The notes under the pieces were generated by a model, which was not told the DNA's origin, did not search any database, and saw only the letters and a program-made list of their open reading frames with translations. A DNA stretch of 64,000 nucleotides from Gammaproteobacteria bacterium (lineage in GTDB: Bacteria > Pseudomonadota > Gammaproteobacteria > Steroidobacterales > GCA-2729495): assembly GCA_019454675.1 (NCBI GenBank), contig JACFNV010000001.1:471-64470 (forward strand), written 5' to 3'. Below are positions 9,373 through 18,905 of the stretch, in pieces. A program made the position numbers and the translations under genes. Within the stretch, counting starts at the first letter, position 1; every line of letters starts with the position of its first letter.

Positions 9373-12026
9373 GGCTCGTCCTCCGGCATCTCGCCCAGCT
9401 CCTGCGGCCGGATAGCCATGGCCCATTCGCCACGCGCATCCTGCGGCTGCTTGCGATTGACATTGAAGCATCCGCCGAGGAACTCCCGGGCCAGCTTTTC
9501 CAGCCCATGCCGCCACGAGGCCTGCAGCTCCGGCCAGCTGCCGATGGCGGGATCCCCGAGCTTGTCGGCCGGCATGATGCCCTTGATGCCGCATGCACCT
9601 GCCGCCACGCCCTGCCAGGCCAGCTTGCCGGCCGTGATCTGCACGAAGGCGATGCCGCCGGCCGCGCAGAGCGTGGCGTACAGCGGCAGCTGGGGCGAGT
9701 ACAGGCGGCCCACCCACTTGTTCTTGCCGGGCAGCTGGCGGCTGGTCTTGTAGTCGATGACCAGCACGCTGCCGTCCTCCAGCTCGTCGATGCGGTCTAT
9801 GCGCAGCCGCAACTGCAGCCTGTCGAGCGCGGGCAACCCGGCCGCCGAGGCCTCTCGTTTCTCGGTGTCGAGGATGCGGAAGCCCGGCCGCTCGCATTCG
9901 CTGGCAATGAACCCGGCCAGCAGCCCGCGCTGTCGCTCGTGCTCGTTGCGAGCAAGCTTGCGCAGCACCGCATCGGCCTCGTCTGGCAGCCACCCGGCGA
10001 TGGCCCGGCCGATGGCGGTGTCGAGGCATTGCCGCCGGCCCTCCTCACCAAGTGCAAGCAGCTGCTCGTGGCCGCCGACAGCGGTGTAGAAGAATTCCAG
10101 GGCTTGGTGCGTGATGCTGCCACGCGCCAGTGCATCGATCCCGTGGGCTGGCACCGGCATCTCGGTGGCGCCCAGCCGGTGCTGGACGAAGGCACGCGCC
10201 GGGCAGGCCGCTTCGTGCTCCAGCAGGCTGCTGCCGCCACGTGGATGCTCGCCATCGGACACGGGGGGCGGTGGATCGTCATCGAGGCGCTCGAGCCGTG
10301 TGCTGTCGAGCATCCGCCCGACCCAGAGCTTGTCGGGCCAGCGTGGCAGGCCGGCGGCCGCCGGCAGGGAAGCAAGCAGCGGGCTCGGCGCCAGCGGTTC
10401 GTCGCCTTCGAAGGATGGCGAGCTGAACACCAGCTGCCTGGCGCCGGCCCCGAGCCAGTGCACCAGTCGTTCGGCCTGCTCGCGCACCAGCGCCGGCGTC
10501 GCGCCCGGCAGGCCATGGGCACGCTGCAGCCGCAACGGGAGCAGCGCCGTACTGTGAGCTGGTGGCGGCCAGGACTGTGCCGTCATGCCGCAGACCCAGA
10601 GCGCATCGAAGCGCTGACCGATCGCCTCCATGGTGCCCAGCACCTGGATGGCACCCGGGTCGCCCTCGGGCTGGAACAGCCGCTCGCTGGCCATCTGGCC
10701 AAGCAGCTGCAGGGCCGCGGGCTGTTCGAGCGCGCCGGCTACGGCATCGCAGCTGCGCAGCTCGTCGAGCAGTTCCTGCCAGGCATCGGCCACTTGGTGC
10801 TCGTCGCTGGCGAGCGGTGCATCACCGGGCCAGCCCACCGCTTCCAGCAGCAGGCGAAAGGCATCGGCCCATTGCCCCGGCCGCTGGCGGCGCGGCACCC
10901 GCCCGATGGCCTCCAGCAGCGCGGCCAGCCGTGCATGGAGCAGCGGCGCATCGCCAGCAGCTTCGGCCAGCAGCTTCCCCAGCGGGATGGTGGTGCCGGT
11001 GCGCCGCCCGGCCTTCCACACCAGCCGTGCACGGGCGCTGGCCTCGACGGCGCCATCCGGCAGGTAGCGGCTGGTCAGCATCTCGACCGCATGCCGGTGA
11101 TCGAGCTGCCCGGCCAGGCAGCCCAGGATGCGCAAGGCCACCCGCACCAGCCCGAAGCCGGCGAGCGGCTGCCCGAGCGAGAAGTTCACGGGCAGCTGCC
11201 GTGCCGGCTCCAGGCGCCAGCGCGGGCTGATGACGTCGAGGATGCGCCGGCGCACCTCGGCGGGTCGCGAGGCCAGGTCCGTCACCACGATCCCGATGCG
11301 GGCATGCGGCTCGTCGTCGCGCCACCGGCGGGCCCAGCGGGCGGCCTCCTCGAGTTCCTCGCCCGGATCGCTGCAGCGCCGGTGGCTGGTGTCCGCGGCC
11401 GGTGCCGGCGGGCCGTCCGTGCTCAGGCGGCAGCCCCGCGCGGCAAGCCCTTCCAGCAAGCCCTCCTGCAGCGGCGTGCGATCGGTGAAGCCGGTCAGGT
11501 GCAGTCGCGCCGGGGCCTCGATGCCCCCCCGCCCGAGGTCCGCGAGCAGCATTGGAGCCAGCATGGCGACGTCTGCCCAGCCTCCCGACTCGCACCGCGA
11601 GTGGTAGGCCTCGGCCCAGCCCGCGAAGGCCAGGCTGTCCCGGCTGTCGGCGGCGACGGCAAGCCCGGCCAGCGGGATGCGCCATTCGCAGAGCAGCCGC
11701 CAGGCCCGTGCGGCCTCTTCCGCCAGCGGCGTGGCTGCGCCCGGCAGCAAGTCTGCAGAAGCGGCCTCGATGATGTCCTGCCACAGCAGGCGGGCATGCA
11801 CCTCGCCCAGCAGCAGGCGCTTGCCGGCCTCGCCGCCCCGCCGCTGCGAAAGCGCATGCAGCGAGGCGATGAAGGAAGGCCAGCTCAGTACCCGGCCCGC
11901 AGGCCAGGCCTGCAGTCCCGCTGCGCGCTGGTGGTGGTTCCAGTCCAGCGTGATGCTGCGCGCCAGGCGCTTGTTGGCGGTGACCACGGTGCCGCCGGCC
12001 GCCAGCACCGTGAAAGCATCGCTCAC
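9369..12026 (-). CDS. PD-(D/E)XK nuclease-family DNA repair protein (AddB-like partner)
   Basis: TANKRLAR N-terminus, degenerate helicase-like body, CPARAF, RIDRID...VIDYKT, QLPLYA; overlaps addA start; GTG start inferred. Confidence 0.85.
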   Translation of the reverse strand: MSDAFTVLAAGGTVVTANKRLARSITLDWNHHQRAAGLQAWPAGRVLSWPSFIASLHALSQRRGGEAGKRLLLGEVHARLLWQDIIEAASADLLPGAATPLAEEAARAWRLLCEWRIPLAGLAVAADSRDSLAFAGWAEAYHSRCESGGWADVAMLAPMLLADLGRGGIEAPARLHLTGFTDRTPLQEGLLEGLAARGCRLSTDGPPAPAADTSHRRCSDPGEELEEAARWARRWRDDEPHARIGIVVTDLASRPAEVRRRILDVISPRWRLEPARQLPVNFSLGQPLAGFGLVRVALRILGCLAGQLDHRHAVEMLTSRYLPDGAVEASARARLVWKAGRRTGTTIPLGKLLAEAAGDAPLLHARLAALLEAIGRVPRRQRPGQWADAFRLLLEAVGWPGDAPLASDEHQVADAWQELLDELRSCDAVAGALEQPAALQLLGQMASERLFQPEGDPGAIQVLGTMEAIGQRFDALWVCGMTAQSWPPPAHSTALLPLRLQRAHGLPGATPALVREQAERLVHWLGAGARQLVFSSPSFEGDEPLAPSPLLASLPAAAGLPRWPDKLWVGRMLDSTRLERLDDDPPPPVSDGEHPRGGSSLLEHEAACPARAFVQHRLGATEMPVPAHGIDALARGSITHQALEFFYTAVGGHEQLLALGEEGRRQCLDTAIGRAIAGWLPDEADAVLRKLARNEHERQRGLLAGFIASECERPGFRILDTEKREASAAGLPALDRLQLRLRIDRIDELEDGSVLVIDYKTSRQLPGKNKWVGRLYSPQLPLYATLCAAGGIAFVQITAGKLAWQGVAAGACGIKGIMPADKLGDPAIGSWPELQASWRHGLEKLAREFLGGCFNVNRKQPQDARGEWAMAIRPQELGEMPEDEP

Positions 12027-12042
12027 GGCCGGCCCGCAGGCA

Positions 12043-13296
12043 TCAGCTGGCAATCCGTTCCGCCCTGCCCGGCTTGCCCGCGTAGCTTTCCAGCGCCTCC
12101 TCGATGCGCTGGAAGACCGCGCGCAGGGTGGCGGCGTCGGGCAGGGTCGTCACCCGGAAATGGTCGTTGTAGCTGGTGTTGAAGCTGGTGCCGGGTGCCA
12201 CCAGCACCTGCTTCTGCTCGAGCAGTTCGAGCGCGAAATCCTGGTCGTCGAAGTGCGGGATGGCATTGCGGTCGACGCCGATGAAGGCATACATCGCACC
12301 CTGCGGCTTCACCATGCGCAGGTAGCGGCTGGCCGCCACGCTGTCGATCAGAGCCTGGCGGGATTCGTGGAGCCGCCCTCCGGGGGCCACGATCTCGCGG
12401 ATGCTCTGGAAGCCGCCCAGTGCGGTCTGCACCGCCCATTGCGCCGGGACGTTGCTGCACAGGCGCAGCGAAGCCAGCAGGTCCAGCGCCTCCAGGTAGG
12501 CCTGTGCCGGCTCGACCTGCCCGCTGAAGGAAACCCAGCCCACCCGGTAACCGCAGGCCCGGTAGATCTTCGACAGGCCGCTGAAGGTGGCGCAGAGCGT
12601 GTCCCTGACCAGGGGCGCCACCGGGATGGACTCGACCCCGTCATAGGTCATCTGGTCGTAGATCTCGTCGCTGAAGATGATGAGGCCATGCTTTTCCGCC
12701 AGCCGCACGATGGCCTGCAGTGTCTCGCGCGGATAGACGATGCCGGTGGGATTGTTGGGATTGATCAGCACCAGCGCGCGGCTGCGCGGCGTCAGCAGCG
12801 CCGCCATGGCCTCGAGGTCGGGCAGGAAGCCGTTTTCCGGGGGGCAGGGATAATGCACCGCCCTGCCGCCGTTGAGCGTGACGCTGGCGGTCCACAGCGG
12901 GTAATCGGGGCTCGGCACCAGCACCTCGTCGCCCGGGTCGAGCAATGCGCGCAGCGTGAGGTCGATCAGCTCGCTGACACCGTTGCCCATGAAGACGTGC
13001 TCGGCTGTCACGCCGGCCACGCCGCGTGCCTGCTGCTGCATCACCACCGCCTCGCGCGCCGGGAAGATGCCCTTCTGGTGGCAATAGCCCTCGCTGGCAT
13101 GCAGGTTCTCGATCATCGCCAGGCGCATGGTCTCGGGGGTACGGAAGCCGAACAGGCCGGGGTTGCCGATGTTCAGGCTGATGATCTCGTGGCCGCGGCG
13201 CTGCATCTCGTGCGCACGCCGTGCCAGCCGACCCCTGATCTCGTAGCGGACGCCCTGCAGCGAGTCGCTGGGCTTGATGCGCGCCTTGTTGGTCAT
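12043..13296 (-). CDS. alaA: PLP-dependent alanine (glutamate-pyruvate) aminotransferase
   Basis: VRYEIRG, LNIGNPG, GNGVSELI, INPNNPTG, SDEIYD, GLSK-YRACGYRVGW. Confidence 0.9.
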   Translation of the reverse strand: MTNKARIKPSDSLQGVRYEIRGRLARRAHEMQRRGHEIISLNIGNPGLFGFRTPETMRLAMIENLHASEGYCHQKGIFPAREAVVMQQQARGVAGVTAEHVFMGNGVSELIDLTLRALLDPGDEVLVPSPDYPLWTASVTLNGGRAVHYPCPPENGFLPDLEAMAALLTPRSRALVLINPNNPTGIVYPRETLQAIVRLAEKHGLIIFSDEIYDQMTYDGVESIPVAPLVRDTLCATFSGLSKIYRACGYRVGWVSFSGQVEPAQAYLEALDLLASLRLCSNVPAQWAVQTALGGFQSIREIVAPGGRLHESRQALIDSVAASRYLRMVKPQGAMYAFIGVDRNAIPHFDDQDFALELLEQKQVLVAPGTSFNTSYNDHFRVTTLPDAATLRAVFQRIEEALESYAGKPGRAERIAS

Positions 13297-13307
13297 GGCC
13301 GTGGTCC

Positions 13308-14045
13308 TTACGCCTTCTCGTGCACCAGTTCCGTCAGCTCGTAGCAGGTCTGCATGTAGCCGCCGATGACGCCCTTGAGGAAGATGAACTCGCCATCGGC
13401 GGTGCACCAGATGTCATAGGGCGGATGTTCGACCGGCAGGCCCGGCGCGGACACGTACTTGAAGTGGAGCGCGCGGAACTCGCCGGCAGCGACCCGCAGG
13501 CTTTCCTCGCCGACGAAGTCGATGCACAGGCCGGCACGGAACAGCAGCGGCCCCGTGGCCCCGCGGTGGTCGGGGGAGGAAAGCAGCAGCTCCTCGATCA
13601 CCTGCACGCCGCCGCGGTTGCGGTCGTAGAGGCGCAGGTGCCAGGCATCGCACTGGATGGAGTGGTTCTGGAAGCTTTTCAGGCGCCCGCCGGTTTCCAT
13701 GCGCTGGGTGACGCGCCCCTCGATGGCGGTGTAGGTCTCGCACTCGGCGAAATCCGCGGCAAAGCGGAACCAGCCGCTGCCCATGAAGCGATCGTTGACG
13801 GCGATCCGCACGAAGCAGTCGGTCGGGTACCAGTCCTCGTCCAGGCTGTAGGTGATGTCGCGCATCACGCTGGGGCGGTCGTCGATCTCGCAGTGGGCGA
13901 TGCAGGTGCGCCGCCCGTCGCCGTGGGTGTTGATCATGAAGTACTCGCGCCCGCGCTCCTGGCCGCGCCGCTCGGGCTTGTCGCTCGTGTAGCTGATCAG
14001 TCCGCGGATGGAACGGTGGTCACGCTGCAGGATGCTGCTGCTCAT
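13308..14045 (-). CDS. Hypothetical beta-rich protein (DHRGATGP motif)
   Basis: 245-aa ORF with protein-like composition, 11 nt upstream of alaA; no motif I can name. Confidence 0.7.
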   Translation of the reverse strand: MSSSILQRDHRSIRGLISYTSDKPERRGQERGREYFMINTHGDGRRTCIAHCEIDDRPSVMRDITYSLDEDWYPTDCFVRIAVNDRFMGSGWFRFAADFAECETYTAIEGRVTQRMETGGRLKSFQNHSIQCDAWHLRLYDRNRGGVQVIEELLLSSPDHRGATGPLLFRAGLCIDFVGEESLRVAAGEFRALHFKYVSAPGLPVEHPPYDIWCTADGEFIFLKGVIGGYMQTCYELTELVHEKA

Positions 14046-14211
14046 AAATCTTCTTTCCTCGCTTGTTGCCGACGATCACGCATGGCCACGCCATGCACCC
14101 GCGGGTCCGTGCATCCGGCGCCGGGAAGTGTCGCGTGGCACGGCCCGGCGGACCGGACTGCACATGGTACGGGTCTGCATGGCCTGGTGCGAACACAATC
14201 AGGCTGCGCGG

Positions 14212-15060
14212 TCACTCCCCCCGGGCCACGGCATGGCCGGGCGCGGCGATCCAGCCGCTCCACGAGGCAGGATACAGGCTGGTGCCGCCCAGGCCCGCGA
14301 GCTCCATCGCAAAGATGAGATGGCAGGCGGTGACCCCCGAGCCGCACATGGCAGCCAGCCGTGCCCCGGGCCTGCGGATGCCCTCCAGCGCGGCGGCGAT
14401 CTCCCCGCCCGTGCGAAAACGCCCATCGGCCGCCAGCTGTTCCTGCCAGGGCAGGTTGATGGCCCCGGGCACGTGGCCGGCCACCGCATCGATCGGCTCC
14501 TCATCGCCGCGGAAGCGGCTGCGGGCGCGTGCATCGAGCAGGACCAGCGAGCCCTCCCGCAGCCCGTCGGCGAGCTGCGCGGCGTCGACGACGGGCATCT
14601 GCCCGGCCTCGCCATGGAAGCAGGTCGGGCGGTCGGCTGGCGCTGCCGTCGACAGTGGCAGCCCATGGGCCAGCCACGCCTGGAGCCCGCCATCGAGGAG
14701 GGCCACTTGCCGGTGGCCCATCCAGCGCAGCAGCCACCACAGCCGTGCGGCCATCGCCCCGCCGCTGTCGTCGTACGCCACCACCAGGCAACCCTCCCGG
14801 ATGCCCCAGCGCGAGAACAGCGCCACCAGGCTGGCCGGATCCGGCAGCGGGTGGCGCCCGGCGCCCGCCGCGGGAGGGCAGCTGAGATCGCGCTCGAGAT
14901 GGGCGTAGCGCGCCCCGGGGATATGCCCTTCCCGCCAGGCCTTTTCGCCGGCCGCAGGCTCGCCCAGCCTGAAGCGGCAATCGACGATGAGGTGCTCGCC
15001 CTGCAGGCTGGCCAGCTCGGCTGCCTGGATCAGTGGCCCGATCGTGGAAATCCCGTCCAT
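14212..15060 (-). CDS. sseA: Two-domain rhodanese / 3-mercaptopyruvate sulfurtransferase (SseA-like)
   Basis: DCRF, GHIPGA, VVAYDD, RLWW, LDGG, DAR--RFRG, GHVPGA, active site CGSGVTAC, LYPASWSGW. Confidence 0.9.
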   Translation of the reverse strand: MDGISTIGPLIQAAELASLQGEHLIVDCRFRLGEPAAGEKAWREGHIPGARYAHLERDLSCPPAAGAGRHPLPDPASLVALFSRWGIREGCLVVAYDDSGGAMAARLWWLLRWMGHRQVALLDGGLQAWLAHGLPLSTAAPADRPTCFHGEAGQMPVVDAAQLADGLREGSLVLLDARARSRFRGDEEPIDAVAGHVPGAINLPWQEQLAADGRFRTGGEIAAALEGIRRPGARLAAMCGSGVTACHLIFAMELAGLGGTSLYPASWSGWIAAPGHAVARGE

Positions 15061-15191
15061 CGCCCGCTCCAGCGCCAGGTGCTTGTAACCGCGCTGCCTG
15101 GCAGAGGAAAATATGCGTTTTGCCAGCCACCTCACGCGGTGGCATGCGCGCTGCCTCCCGAGGGGCTGCAGCGTCATACGGAGCCCGCAAC

Positions 15192-15944
15192 GTGCAGAAG
15201 ATCATGGTATGCCTCAAGCGCGTCGTTGACTACAACGTGCGCATCCGCCTCAGGCCCGACCACTCCGGCGTGGTCAGCGATGGGGTCAAGATGAGCATCA
15301 ACCCCTTTGACGAGATCGCGCTCGAGGAGGCCCTGCGGTTGCGCGAGCGCGGCCTGGCAAGCGAGGTCTTCGTCGTCAGCATCGGCCCTTCCGACTGCCA
15401 GCAGCAGCTGCGCACCGGGCTGGCCATGGGCGCCGATCGTGCCGTGCTGGTCGAGGAGGATGGCGAGGTCGCGCCGCTGACCGCCGCCCGCGCCTTCCTC
15501 AAGCTGGTCGAGCGCGAGCAGCCCGATCTCGTGCTGCTTGGCAAGCAGGCGATCGACGACGACTGCAACCAGACCGGCCAGATGCTGGCCGCGCTCTGGG
15601 ACCGCCCGCAGGCGACCTTCGCCTCGAAGCTGGAGGTGAACGGCGGGAGCGCCACCGTCACCCGCGAGGTGGATGCCGGGCTCGAGGTCATCGAGGTCGA
15701 GCTGCCCGCCGTGGTGACCGCCGACCTGCGCCTCAACGAGCCGCGCTACGTCAAGCTGCCCGAGATCATGAAGGCGAAGAAGAAGCCGCTGGAGACGCTG
15801 ACGCTGGGCGGCCTCGGCGTGGAAGCCGATACCAGCCTGCGCACGCTGGCCTGGAACGAGCCGCAGGAGCGGCAGAAGGGCGTGATGGTGAGCGATGTCC
15901 CGGCGCTCGTCGCGGCCCTGCACGACAAGGGCTTTTTCAATTGA
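15192..15944 (+). CDS. etfB: Electron transfer flavoprotein beta subunit
   Basis: KRVVDYNVRIR, SINPFDEIALEEA, GKQAIDDDCNQTGQM, DLRLNEPRY; GTG start. Confidence 0.95.
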   Translation: MQKIMVCLKRVVDYNVRIRLRPDHSGVVSDGVKMSINPFDEIALEEALRLRERGLASEVFVVSIGPSDCQQQLRTGLAMGADRAVLVEEDGEVAPLTAARAFLKLVEREQPDLVLLGKQAIDDDCNQTGQMLAALWDRPQATFASKLEVNGGSATVTREVDAGLEVIEVELPAVVTADLRLNEPRYVKLPEIMKAKKKPLETLTLGGLGVEADTSLRTLAWNEPQERQKGVMVSDVPALVAALHDKGFFN

Positions 15945-15978
15945 GCGGGCGCGCACCGCGCTGACAGGACTGGACCAG

Positions 15979-16923
15979 ATGTCGAAGATACTCATCATTG
16001 CGGAACATGGCGATGGCCGGCTCAACCAGAGCACGGCGCGCTGTGTCAGCTGCGCCCTGCAGATCGATGGCGCGGGGGCCGATGTGCTCGTCCTTGGCGA
16101 TGACTGCGCCACGGTGGCGGCGGAGGCTGCCAGCCTGCAGGGCGTGGCCCGCGTGCTGAGCGTGCAGCGCCCGGAAAATGCCGCGCCGCTGGCCGCGGTG
16201 CTGGCCCCCCAGGTGGCTGCCCTCGCCGCCGGCTACAGCCACGTGCTCGGGCCCTCGACGACCTTCGGCAAGGACCTCATGCCCCGCGTGGCGGCGCTGC
16301 TCGGCGTCGCCCAGGTCAGCGACCTGATGGCGGTCGAGGGGCCACGGCGCTTCAGGCGCCCGGTCTATGCCGGCAATGCCATCGTGACGGTCGAGGTGGC
16401 GGAAGGCCGGCCGGTGGTGGCCACCGTGCGCACCGCCTCCTTCAAGCCCTCCACCGCCGGTGGTGCCGCCAGCATCGAGTCGGTGGGCAGCGCAGCCGCC
16501 CTGCCCGGCCACAGCCGCTTCGTCGAGCTGCGCAGGGGTGGCGGCGGTGCGCGCCCCGACCTGCAGACCGCCAGGGTAGTCGTCTCCGGCGGGCGCGGGG
16601 TCGGCAGCGAGGCCAACTTCACGCTGCTGTACCAGCTTGCCGACAAGATTGGCGCCGCCGTCGGTGCCTCGCGTGCCGCGGTGGATGCGGGCTACGTGCC
16701 CAATGACATGCAGGTCGGCCAGACCGGCAAGATCATCGCCCCCGAGCTCTACCTGGCCTTCGGCATCTCCGGCGCGATCCAGCACCTGACCGGCATCAAG
16801 GATGCCGGCCTGATCGTCGCCATCAACAAGGATCCGGAGGCCTCCATCTTCCAGGCGGCGGACATCGGCCTGGTGGGAGACCTGTTCGAGATCATCCCGG
16901 CCCTCGAGCGGGCACTCGGCTGA
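15979..16923 (+). CDS. etfA: Electron transfer flavoprotein alpha subunit
   Basis: GKDLMPRVAA, VVSGGRG, GASRAAVDAG, QVGQTGKIIAPELY, GISGAIQH. Confidence 0.95.
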   Translation: MSKILIIAEHGDGRLNQSTARCVSCALQIDGAGADVLVLGDDCATVAAEAASLQGVARVLSVQRPENAAPLAAVLAPQVAALAAGYSHVLGPSTTFGKDLMPRVAALLGVAQVSDLMAVEGPRRFRRPVYAGNAIVTVEVAEGRPVVATVRTASFKPSTAGGAASIESVGSAAALPGHSRFVELRRGGGGARPDLQTARVVVSGGRGVGSEANFTLLYQLADKIGAAVGASRAAVDAGYVPNDMQVGQTGKIIAPELYLAFGISGAIQHLTGIKDAGLIVAINKDPEASIFQAADIGLVGDLFEIIPALERALG

Positions 16924-16931
16924 GCCCGCCC

Positions 16932-18107
16932 ATGGTCGCGACGGCGCGACCCTCGCTGGCCCTGCTCGGGCTGGCGAGCCTGCTGTCGCCCTTCGGCATG
17001 GTCGTGGTGGTGCCGACGCTGGCGGCGGTCGCCAGCTACTACCACGTCGACCAGGGGCAGGCGCAATACCTGATCGCCACCTACCTGTTCGGGCTGGGCA
17101 TCGGCCAGCCGGTGGTCGGCGCGCTGTCGGACCGCTTCGGGCGCCGGCCGGTGATGCTGGCGGGCTTCAGCCTTTTCACCCTCGCCAGCCTCGGCTGCAT
17201 GTTCAGCCCCGACTTCTCCAGCCTGAGCGTCATGCGCATCCTGCAGGCGATGGGCGTCAGCGTCGGCACGGTGGGTTCGAGGGCCATCGTGCGCGATACC
17301 CACGAGGCCTTCGAGGCGGTCAAGGCCCTGTCCTGGATCGGTGCAGCGATGGGCGTGGCACCGGTCGTGGGGCCGGTGATCGGCGGCGTGCTGGGTGCCT
17401 GGGCGGGCCCGCCGGCGGTGTTTGCCGCCAGCGCCCTGCTCGGCTTCGGCGTCACCATCGCCATCGGCATGCAGCTGGAAGAAACGCATTCCGTGCCGAT
17501 CGGCGAGGCACCGGCCGGGGCGGGCTGGGTCAGGCATTACCGCGAGCTGCTCGGCGCGCGGGTGTTCATGGGCTACACGCTGATGTATGCCTTCGTCCAG
17601 GGCTGCTTCTTTGCCTTCCTGGCGGTGGGTGCCATCGTCTTCGAGGAACACCTCGGCCTCGGCCAGCAGGCCTTCGGCCTCATCTGGGGGGCGATGGGCC
17701 TGCTGTTCATCGCGGGTGCCACGCTGGCCGGGCCCCTGTCCTCCGCCATCGGCGTGATGCCCTTGCTGCGCCGGACCACGCTCACCTTTGCCGCCGCCGG
17801 CCTTGCACTGGCCCTGATCGCTTCGCTGTTTGGGGTGGGGCTTGCCGGCCTGCTGCTGCCGCTGGCGGTGATGATGCTGATGGCCGGCATCCAGACCCCG
17901 CTGGTGACGGCCGGGACGGTCAATTACCGCCCGGACATCGCCGGCACCGCCTCGGGCCTGTCGAGTTCGCTGGGGCTGGTGCTGAGCGGCAGCTTCAGCA
18001 TCTTCGCCGGCGTCCTCTATGCCGATTCCTTCAGCCGGGTGGCGTGGCTGATCGCGGTCGCCGCCACCGGCACCGCGCTGGCATGGTGGATGACTGCCCG
18101 GCCCTGA
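16932..18107 (+). CDS. MFS transporter, Bcr/CflA (DHA1) family
   Basis: About 12 hydrophobic segments; GALSDRFGRRPV motif A, RAIVRD, P-VGPVIGG. Confidence 0.88.
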   Translation: MVATARPSLALLGLASLLSPFGMVVVVPTLAAVASYYHVDQGQAQYLIATYLFGLGIGQPVVGALSDRFGRRPVMLAGFSLFTLASLGCMFSPDFSSLSVMRILQAMGVSVGTVGSRAIVRDTHEAFEAVKALSWIGAAMGVAPVVGPVIGGVLGAWAGPPAVFAASALLGFGVTIAIGMQLEETHSVPIGEAPAGAGWVRHYRELLGARVFMGYTLMYAFVQGCFFAFLAVGAIVFEEHLGLGQQAFGLIWGAMGLLFIAGATLAGPLSSAIGVMPLLRRTTLTFAAAGLALALIASLFGVGLAGLLLPLAVMMLMAGIQTPLVTAGTVNYRPDIAGTASGLSSSLGLVLSGSFSIFAGVLYADSFSRVAWLIAVAATGTALAWWMTARP

Positions 18108-18124
18108 GGCCGGGCAGCGCGGTT

Positions 18125-18835
18125 TCAGAACCCGCTGGCCCCGGGCTTCCACAGCCCGATGAAGGCGGACAGCGCGACACCGATCCAGATGGCCCAGACG
18201 TAGGGGCGGCAGGCCATGAGACCGTCGTACATCTTCCTGTCGCTGGCCGGCGTCGCCCCGTCGACGGCCAGGGTACGGAAGCCCTCGATGAAGGGCGGGA
18301 TCTTCTTGCGCACCATGAAGCCGCAGAAGATCAGGAAGGCGAAGATCAGCAGCTTGGCCGCCAGCCAGGGATAGGGCCGCAAGGGGCCGGTGATCCAGTG
18401 GTAGATTACCGAGGCGGTGAGCGCGACGATCATGAAGGCGCGGAAGTAGTAGTCGCCCTTGGCCAGCAGGCGACCGAAGTCCGTGCCCTCCTTCACGTGC
18501 ACCATGTGCACCACCCATACCCAGATCGGACCGAGCGCCACGATGGCGGCCATCTGCCACAGCGGGTGCTCGTAGCCGATGAACTCGGCGAGCACGCCGC
18601 CCACCGTCAGCATCATGGCCAGGCAATAGCGCGGCAGCATGTCGAGGTTGATGAAGATCTTGAAGGCGGTCAGCCGCGCTTCCTTCGTCAGCTTGTCGTT
18701 GATGACGAAGTTGCTGGAGTAGAACACCCCGGCGTCGGCGCCCAGCCAGTAGACGAACAGCAGTACGTGCAGGTACTTCACCAGCGCGTGCCCCAGGGGC
18801 ATCGTGCTGGGCAGGTTGTGCAGTGCTTCTTCCAT
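18125..18835 (-). CDS. Hypothetical integral membrane protein
   Basis: 236 aa with about 6 hydrophobic helices; HVLLFVYWLGADAGVF. Confidence 0.75.
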   Translation of the reverse strand: MEEALHNLPSTMPLGHALVKYLHVLLFVYWLGADAGVFYSSNFVINDKLTKEARLTAFKIFINLDMLPRYCLAMMLTVGGVLAEFIGYEHPLWQMAAIVALGPIWVWVVHMVHVKEGTDFGRLLAKGDYYFRAFMIVALTASVIYHWITGPLRPYPWLAAKLLIFAFLIFCGFMVRKKIPPFIEGFRTLAVDGATPASDRKMYDGLMACRPYVWAIWIGVALSAFIGLWKPGASGF

Positions 18836-18846
18836 GCTGTCTCCGT

Positions 18847-18895
18847 GGAGCCTCGATGGCCATCATCCGGGGCGGCCCGTTGCGGGCCACCCCGG
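18847..18895. other. GC-rich stem-loop between prx and the membrane-protein gene
   Basis: ccgggg-cggcccg-ttg-cgggcca-ccccgg at about 18867-18895; no U tract. Confidence 0.4.
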
Positions 18896-18905
18896 GCGGC
18901 CGTGG

